A DNA stretch of 64,000 nt from Octopus vulgaris. Lineage: Eukaryota. The stretch lies in the NCBI GenBank assembly GCA_951406725.2, contig OX597816.1, positions 154,814,001 to 154,878,000 of the forward strand, given 5' to 3'. The translations under genes were made by a program, and so were the position numbers. The notes under the pieces are model-generated. The model had not been told where the DNA came from. It saw only the letters and a list, made by a program, of their open reading frames with translations, and ran no database searches. Below, in pieces: positions 55,341 through 64,000 of this stretch (position 1 is its first letter; each line of letters begins with the position of its first letter).

Positions 55341-55459
55341 AGATAAATGGTAAATGTTTTTTTATTTTTCATTCCCTTCGAAATTTATCCCTAATAGCGT
55401 TTGGAGAAAGTGCTCTTGAAAGAGGTGTTCTGATAAAACTGATGTACCCGTGTGAGTGC

Positions 55460-55529
<70 letters not shown>

Positions 55530-55629
55530 ATATAAATATGCACGTGTGCGTATCTGCATGCATACATGTATATGTATGTGTATACATAGATAGACAAAGA
55601 ACAAAGATCCTTTTCAAGTAATATAGCCT

Positions 55630-55865
55630 CAAAGGACCGGTCTCCAGTTTTTTTTTACGTATATATTCCCAACCTGGACGTGACGCAAGTCCCTCTCAGG
55701 TTTACTCATTTTTTGCCATGGTTACTCAATTTTTGCCAGTTGATGATCTAGAGCAACATGAAATGAAGTGTTTTGCTAAAAACAACGCGTGGCCCGGTCC
55801 AGGAATCGAAACCACAATCTTACGACAATGAGTCCAACACCCCAACTTCACCCAACTCCACGCGC
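55630..55865 (-). mobile_element. SINE family B
   Basis: Reverse complement of the 8426-type head and body. Confidence 0.75.
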
Positions 55866-55886
55866 ATACATACATACATACATACA

Positions 55887-55919
<33 letters not shown>

Positions 55920-56575
55920 GAAAATGTAAAGGGGTGGAGCCGCACATGCTAATTCAGAATGGTTTACTTGAGAACCTAAGCATATACATGTATTTAAATA
56001 AACACGTGCGTACACACCCCTCCATTCTCTCCCACCCACACATGCTCTCTCTCTAATACTCACAATCTCTCCTCTCTCTCTCTTTCACTCACACTCCCCC
56101 TCTCTCTCTCATACATGCATAACGAGTGATAACGGCTGCTAAACCGAAACTTCAAAGTCATTGTCAATGTGGCTGTATAGAAATTAATGGGTTGTATTCT
56201 ATTAAAGGAATGTAGAATGATTTATCAGTTTAAACTTAAATTGTTTATGTATAAACGATGAATTTGCGTATTTATTCCAAATATCTTCCAGAATATTAGG
56301 GTGCAAATACGCTACTAGTCGTTGTGTACGTTACAAGAGAACAGCTTCCTTTTACGGAGATAGTTTCCATAACAGACTCGGCTCCATGTTGCAAGAGATT
56401 ATGGGCCGCCGGTTTTTCGACATATTGTATTTCGTCAGCCAGTAGCGCCCGGGCTTTTGAGCCTAAACCAGGCCGTTGGTTTTGTTTATAATTTCAGGGA
56501 AATAACTGTTTTCAGATCAGAACTGATATCTGTCAACCGATAATAATATTGATAATAATAATAATAATAATAATA

Positions 56576-57124
56576 GATGCAGTACCAAGCAGTGGTTCTC
56601 ATGGATTCTGATCTTAACTGATTGGAAGTGTTATCATGTACATTGTTTTGTCTTGGTATAAAAGATGGGCTACAGCAAATATTCTGCTCAATACCACAGA
56701 TTTGCTTGTCAGTTGTTTGACCGTAACCAGTTGAGCTTGTCCCTTAGTGGCTGACGATATGTGCATCTCTGATGACGAGCAGAAGTACTGGGGGAGCATC
56801 ATAGCCATGTGTTGAAAGGGATTCTTTGGGGTTTGAATAATTCACCTCTGGAAACATGGGTGGTTCTTTCAACATCCTTAAACAACCCTTATTCAGGGAC
56901 CTTTTGAGCAGGATGGGCTACTCAACCTGAAAAAAATTCTAACTGGGCCCCACCTGCAAGGTCATGTGCTGTTTATCTTGATATGAGATCACCATGTCGC
57001 GCACATATGGCTGTGATGCATGTGTCTGATGTACCCTTATCAGATGGGTAGTCATGATGGGTATATTGGGCTTCGTATATTTTACCCCAGTGTCACTTTG
57101 ATGGCATGAACTGCTCTCTCATTC
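56576..57124 (+). mobile_element. ~550 bp interspersed element embedded in (AAT)n, probably a LINE 3' UTR
   Basis: A complex non-coding block with (AAT)n immediately on both sides. Confidence 0.5.
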
Positions 57125-57188
<64 letters not shown>

Positions 57189-58155
57189 TATATATATATA
57201 TCACTTCGCATAAACATACACGCACATATACACAGACACACAAACACACACAGACATACACATGCACGCACACATACACATACACGCACGCACATACATA
57301 CATACACACATACATACATACATACATACATACATACATACACACACAGCTTTATAAATACATTGGACAGTCCAACTAAACCAGGATAAAAAAGCCATCG
57401 AACCATATCCAGCAACTACCGAATAGTAACAAGTAAAAGAAATTATCAATAAGAGAACGAACAGTGAAATGCTAATAGATAAACATTAAAAAATCAAAAC
57501 TATAAAATAACTGAATGAAGGCTATCAATGCAAAGCTGATGCAAACCACAAAGTAACAATTGAAATTACCACAAGCACAGACAACAGTGTAAAAAGTAAG
57601 ATGCCAAAACTACATTGGAAACTGACCAATGAATATAATAACCGTACACTCCTATAACAAAATAACATAGGAAACCACCCCAAAATGAAAACAATAGCTA
57701 TAGGTAAAAGAAACTATAGACAAAAGAACATCAATCCAGTGTTTATAAGATGAGTACGAACACGGCTAGAAAAAAAAATTTCGCCTTTGTGTGGCAGTGT
57801 TATGAGAACTGAGACGAGAAAAATAATTCCTTATACAAGCGCGCGCACGTACACACTTGTTAACCGACTAGACTATAGAATATTGCTATACACCGCTAGT
57901 CACGATGCACTTCCTCGCACCATTGTAGCTTTCGAATGATTCTACACCGCTGATTAGGTAGGCTGGTCTGATTCTCCGTGAACAGTATGCCAATCCATCG
58001 CAGGTTTACTCATTTATAGCGAAGTGGACCAGGGCAATGTGAAATCAAGAAATATTTTGCTCAAAATTCCAAAGCACCGCCGACGTGTCAAACGGAATCA
58101 CAATCTTGCAACATGCTGGCCACTAAGCCACCAAGTACATACACGCACGCACGCA

Positions 58156-58243
<88 letters not shown>

Positions 58244-58244
58244 A

Positions 58245-58385
58245 CAGGCTTCTTTCATTTTCTGTGTATGAAATCCACTCATAAAGCTTTGGTCAGCCGC
58301 GGCTATTGTAGAAGACATCTATCCAAATTGTCACGCAGTGGTACTGGACCATGTAGCTGGGAAGCAAATATGTTACCATACAGTC
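58245..58385 (-). mobile_element. Diverged SINE family A head
   Basis: 'aaatccactcataaagctttggtcagcc..ggctattgtagaagaca'. Confidence 0.7.
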
Positions 58386-58414
58386 ACGAGAGATAGAAGA
58401 AGATAAATAGATAG

Positions 58415-58454
<40 letters not shown>

Positions 58455-58543
58455 GGAAAGAGGGAGTGTGTGAGGGAAATATATATAAGAGAGAGAGAGA
58501 AAGAGAGAGAGGGATTGATTTATATAACATAATATAATAAAGT

Positions 58544-58639
58544 GTTCTTCTGATGATCGTTGTTGATAAGTACCCATTTGACTGGGAACATCCAATGCAG
58601 AGTTCCAAACAACCACAACGATAAAACGTACGAAGGAAC
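58544..58639 (+). ncRNA. Degenerate hammerhead-like motif
   Basis: GUUCUU-CUGAUGA-UCGUUGU...ACAACGA-U-AAAAC-GUAC-GAA-GGAAC. Confidence 0.45.
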
Positions 58640-59267
58640 AGATGTTATAAAGTGGTGTTTATCTTAATTTCTCATAATTCTCGCCTAGTTTTGGAAATAT
58701 CATAAGCGATATGCATATCTATTCATTAATCCGTACATGGTTTTAAATATAGAAAAATTACATTAAACGTTTAAAAAGCTGAAACCGGATCCAGGTCAGT
58801 TAAACATGACATTTTTCTTATATTGCAAAAAATAACCCTTTTAGCGTCAAAAATCTATACACTAAAACCTTTTTCTATACAAAAGTCCCGAAGCAAGTGA
58901 CTTTATTTGTCTTACCCCCACAATCTTTTACTGTTATGTTTATATATGTTTTATATGTCAAACTCACCGTAAGAATATGTATACCAATATAAGTTCAGTT
59001 GAAATATAATACGAAAATATCTATTCTGTGTAAACGTATATTTATATACCTTTATATTCTTCATATATATATATACACACACATATATATAAACACAGAA
59101 TAAAGCATTTCTCCAATTATGTTAATTACACACAAAAATATATGAATAGATAAAATAGTAATGTTGACGTAATTTTTAAACTTTTCCTAATGACTTTTGT
59201 TACTTTTATTCCTACCTCAGCTCATCTAATTGTATATATCTTTCGTTACTTTTTATAAAAAGCTTTT

Positions 59268-59304
<37 letters not shown>

Positions 59305-59309
<5 letters not shown>

Positions 59310-59490
59310 TAATCCAAACGGGAAAACAGAAAAAACAACAACACGTGGAACAATTACAGTATTATTATTATTAGGCGCTCAGGAAAATGGAAGAAGGAGG
59401 GTATGACGCTTCGAGCGGAGCTCTTCGTCGGAAACATAGGAGAAAGAAAGATCCCGAGACGGGAGGACAGAGGAAAAAAAAATTGCAGGT
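59305..59490 (-). mobile_element. Penelope-like terminal-repeat fragment P1 (motif at 59401-59435)
   Basis: Minus strand GUUU-CCGACGA-A-GAGC ucc GCUC-GAAGC-GUC-AUAC. Confidence 0.6.
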
Positions 59491-59498
59491 AGTCTTCA

Positions 59499-60067
59499 CA
59501 CTTGCGTCGGAAATTAATTAGCACTTCTCAAATTTCTACATTTTCTTACATTTTCTTAATTTAATTAACTTATTATCAGAAATGAACTTGTTTTTAATCA
59601 AAAATTTATTAAAACATATCCCAGCACACCACATAATTGTTATTAATCGTGAAATTTAGTCAATATCTTGTTGCTCCTCCTTTGGCAGCAATGACAGCTG
59701 CTACGCGGGTCGGCATGCTGTCTATGAGTGCCTGCAGGTACTGTGCAGGGATGGCCCCTCATGCAGCAAGCAGTGCCCCAAACAGCTCGTGTCGGTTCCT
59801 GTATTGCTGCACATTCAAATCCCTACCCAATCGACTCCAGAAGTTCTCAATAGGGTTCAGGTCAGGTGACTGGCCAGCACGTACTCCTCGCCACCAAAGA
59901 GGTATCCCGTACTATCTCAACGTACTTTGCTGCGTTGATGTTGCCTTCGACGGCATAGAGCCGCCCAACACCACTGTAGCTGAACGCCCCCCCCACACCA
60001 TCAGACCACCCCCACCATGCTTCATGGTGAGCAAATCAAGGGTGCTAATTAATTTCTGACGGTAGTG
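59499..60067 (-). mobile_element. Internally deleted Tc1 element (~570 bp)
   Basis: TIRs are 'cacttgcgtcggaaattaattagcac' and 'gtgctaattaatttctgacggtagtg' + TA. The minus strand encodes 'KHGGGGLMVWG', 'SPDLNPIENFW' and 'SMPTRVAAVIAAKGGATRY*'. Confidence 0.9.
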
Positions 60068-60129
60068 TATATATATATATAGATATATATATATATATAT
60101 TTATATATAATATATATATATATATATCT

Positions 60130-60275
60130 TTTGAACTTTCCTCTTTCTCCTGTGTCTGAAGAAGAGCTTTGCTCGAAACGTAAAACACCCTTTCCTTCTT
60201 TCCCTGAGCGTCTTAATAATTTGCATGTACCACCACGTCCTCGCGTTGTTGTATTTTTTGTCTTTTTTTCCATTT
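60130..60275 (+). mobile_element. Penelope-like terminal-repeat fragment P1 in opposite orientation (motif at 60152-60186)
   Basis: GUGU-CUGAAGA-A-GAGC uuu GCUC-GAAAC-GUA-AAAC. Confidence 0.62.
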
Positions 60276-60689
60276 AAAAAAAATTATTAATTATATATAT
60301 ACATACATAGTGCACATATACATACATATGTATATACACCTATACATGCAAACACACACATCAATATGTATACTGAAAGATTTAATGGTCTCAGAATTTA
60401 TGAGAAAACAAATAACCATAAGGCGTTGGTAAAACTCAAAGATGTATGGAATAAAAATGCAAAGTCTAATAACGTAGCTCAACAGTACATGCTGTAACAA
60501 AGAGGAATAGAGTCGACTCAACAAGAAACCTCTATGTGGTCGATTGATCTTCTAGACCTAACGCCTGTACCTGGGTAAGTACATACTATATAGAAAAGAA
60601 CAAGATCATAGTTATGATTGGGATACTTTTGATCATAGTTTTGTTCGACCAAGGCTGACCTTGGCATAGGAAATAACAGCAACAGTGGC

Positions 60690-60895
60690 TTTTGATTAAA
60701 GGTTTGGAAATTTGAGTGGTTGGGTAAGGTGGTTCCATTGAACTCAGTAGTTAAGTGATATTTCGTTTTATTAACCTCGAAAGGGTGAAAGGCAAAGCTG
60801 ACTTCGGCAGGATTTGAACTCAATGGTAAGAACCCGAAGAACTACTACAAAGCAATTTTTCCGATACTCTAACCGATTCTGCAAGCTCGTTGCCT
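60690..60895 (-). mobile_element. Diverged SINE family D
   Basis: 'cctcgaaagggtgaaaggcaaagctgacttcggcaggatttgaactca'. Confidence 0.7.
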
Positions 60896-61735
60896 TCGAC
60901 CAGCACCAGAACAACCACCACCACCACCACCACCACCACCACCAGCAGCACAACAACAACAACAACAGTACGAAAAACGAGGGAGCTTCTACATGGTTGC
61001 TCAATTTGTTAATAACAGGAACCGAAATTCTCTCCAGCTTCTCCCTACCGTCTTGAAAATAGCTGATGATGTAGATGTAAATACACAATGCTCGAGAGAA
61101 AAACAGAACTGTCATCTATATTTGGAATGTCTTTAATCATAAGTTATCTCAGTCAGGGCTGACTTGTGGTTAAACAACAGCAACAACAACAACAGCTACA
61201 ACACGTCAGTGGGCTAACTTCCTTTTCTGCCTTAATGTATAAAAACAAAAAATAAACTACAGTGTAAACACAAGTCACTTCTTAAATATAGTTACAACTG
61301 TTATCTTTGTGTTAAGCAAATAAGCTAAGGAACAACAGAAGTGCAAATCAGAAAAAAGGCATGATTGCAATCAATGTAGATTTACTTTACTCAGTGGCGT
61401 TAGTAAGAAACAGAAAAATATTACTGATAGTGAATAATAAATGTTAATTCTATATTTGTTTTGGACAAAATAATACTTTCTTCCCTGCAAAGATTAGCTT
61501 GACTTTCATATCATTTATTGCGATGCTTCTTCTGCTCCCGGAAACTATAAGCTTTCAACTTGTGATAAGAGTTAAGAACTTCGATTGAGTAACAGAAAAT
61601 GGATTAGGTGATTAGATCAGACTAAGAATAATAGAGAACTGGACACGTATATTAGAACTGACGCAAACACATTTACACTCACATTTGTGTGTGTGTGTGT
61701 GTGTGTGTGTAATTATAACCTGGCACTCACACATT

Positions 61736-61767
<32 letters not shown>

Positions 61768-61916
61768 AATATACACGTATATATATTCGTGTGTATATAT
61801 ATATAGGAATATATACGCATAAATATATGTATTTATGTATATACACATATCTATTTATACGTGGGTTGTGTGAGTATGCATACATACATATATACATACA
61901 TACGCACGTACATACA

Positions 61917-61950
<34 letters not shown>

Positions 61951-61967
61951 CATACATACATACATAC

Positions 61968-62013
<46 letters not shown>

Positions 62014-64000
62014 CGTGCGCCAGTGTATGTATAAATTTCTGCTTAATTCACACCGAGTCAACAATAATATAATCGAAGGGAAATAAGTATTTAAAAGGAT
62101 AAATGTAATCATGAGCCAAGCACGAACTGTCGGTAGCTTTTTGTTCTAGCTTAAGTTTCTTGCTGCCGTCTTTCAGTGTTTTTATGGAATTTTTATTGAT
62201 TTCAATCGATCAGCCAGCAGGTTAATTTCAACTTTTGACCTACTAATTGATCAAGAGACAACTTTGTTGTTTTTCGATATGGTTTTTGCCTAATGCAGGT
62301 AATTTGTTCTATTACCCATTCCATCGAGTTAAATGAAGTCAGTTGAGATATACGTATATGGGAAGGGATAGATTGCAGCTAATTTGATCTTGTGGCCCAT
62401 TATATCGGTCATTCCGATTCTAATAATCTTACAACGAAAGAGAAACGAGATACGTGATAGTATGTTTTGTTTAGGAAAACGTTTAGATAACATTTACATG
62501 GTCATCTAATCTGTTATAAATAGCAGCTAAATCTTCCTTCCTCTTCGAAACAGTTCACATTGGAAAATATACTTTGGAGTACAAATTACCCGCAAATGAT
62601 TGAATTGTGACGGCTGGAATGCCTTTGAGACTAAATTTGTCCTATCATTAGTAATGTAAAGGAAAATAAACATTTACAAACTAAAATGCATATTTTGTGG
62701 CAGTTGATGGCCAAATGGAGTTGATGGCCAACTTTAAAGTCTCTAAGGAATCCATAGATCAGGAAAGTGTTCCAGATTGGCGTTAGAAGTGCGTAGTTTG
62801 GCATCGTGTGATGAGAACCATTCTGGATGACCGCAGACAGAAAATTGCATATTCATAATACTCACACACACTCACACACGTTCTGTTGTCTGCAACATTA
62901 TATATTAATGAGGGCTCACTGTCAGAAAGAATACAGTCGAAGATGGATTTTGGTCCCACTCTATTCCGTTTACGTTTTGTTACCACGTGTTCTCTGAATT
63001 ATTAAAAGTGACTCCACGTGAACTATAATGACAAAGTACGATATTTATATAACTAAAATGAGTTCTCCGAGAATTGATTAGAGGATTGCAACAATGATTT
63101 ATTTTCATGATGGAGAGAAAATGTCAAGAATGACCTTGACCTGTTTGTTTTAATAATATATATGAATAAATCCGAGGATAGTAAAAGGTTTCTGCTCAAC
63201 CGGGGAAATGTTTCTAACAAATACAACAGAAAAAAAATTTAGTAAACTAATTGCCAAATGTTTTTATTTCTTGATTAGCTCTTTGTAGTAGGCGGTGAAA
63301 TATTTTAGCCTAATGCATTTTAGTATCTAATCTAATGAAATAGCGGTAGTAGAAACTACAAGTAGAGAAGCTTGTTAGCAATTATTTATTGGCTCGAGTT
63401 TACGTGTTGCATGTTAGTGAAATAATTTTTATAGTTGTGATCAGAAGAGTGTCATTTTATAGAGAAATAAATTTTGTAAAGTAAAAAAACAGAGTCCTAA
63501 AAATGCCGTTGGAGATCTATACCACAAAAATTACGCAGTGTGGTTTGTTTGTTTGGATAAATTTGTATTCTCCTCAAAGAAGGGGAATCTAACGTTCTAA
63601 GGTTCTTCCTTCATCTACGAACTGAACACAATGATATTTTTCTTCCTCAGAGAAATGGGCAACATATAAAGTCAGCTACCTCTCCCCATACTGCGTACAA
63701 AATTATAAAGTCGTGAACTAAGCTACATGTAAATAGAAAGGTTCGCTCGCTGTAAGTTAGATAACACGACTTCGAGTTCATCACTGTTTCAGTAATAGAA
63801 CAATCATCAGTAATCGTATGCTTGGTAATACATTGCTTTATTAAATCAACTTTATTGTCATTGTGAGCTCTATTGTCTTTAATATATTCATAATTATTTA
63901 CATTATTTATATTTGACGGATATTTCTCCTCATTTTTGTTGTTAACATAACGTTTGAACTGATATACTCTCCAGCCTTCAAGGGTCTTGGGGATATTTTG

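Noticed and set aside
62140-62180. Minus-strand CUGAAAGA...GAAAC-UUAA-G, plus partial motifs at 38880 and 63945
   Set aside because: Stem II or one half of the core is missing, so they are too degraded to support a call.
53973-62986. Non-repetitive ORFs 53973-54293 and 62783-62986
   Set aside because: No recognisable domain or clear splice signals; their lengths are compatible with chance.

Overview
This is AT-rich, extremely microsatellite-dense eukaryotic non-coding DNA. The SINE families and repeat landscape suggest an octopus (coleoid cephalopod) intron or intergenic region; that assignment is inferred. No intact protein-coding gene is supported, and almost all listed ORFs are translations of (TA)n, (CA)n, (GA)n or (GATA)n tracts. 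The window is a mosaic of mobile DNA. It holds many tRNA-derived SINEs from at least four families and decayed LINE fragments (CR1-like, RTE, R4/Dong-like). DNA transposons include a full-length but frameshifted Tc1 with DD36E spacing, other Tc1/mariner derivatives, MITEs, a decayed hAT transposase and non-autonomous Helitron/Helentron elements. Three observations stand out. (1) About a dozen type-I hammerhead-ribozyme-like motifs with self-complementary stem III lie in short Penelope-like and foldback elements between (TA)n tracts; two have a fully canonical core and fold. (2) A TSD-flanked, ORF1-only LINE-like element shares its 3' tail with a SINE family and is nested inside a Helentron-type element. 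(3) A candidate 21-nt micro-exon is enclosed by inverted repeats. All calls were read by eye, so family names and boundaries need database or computational confirmation.
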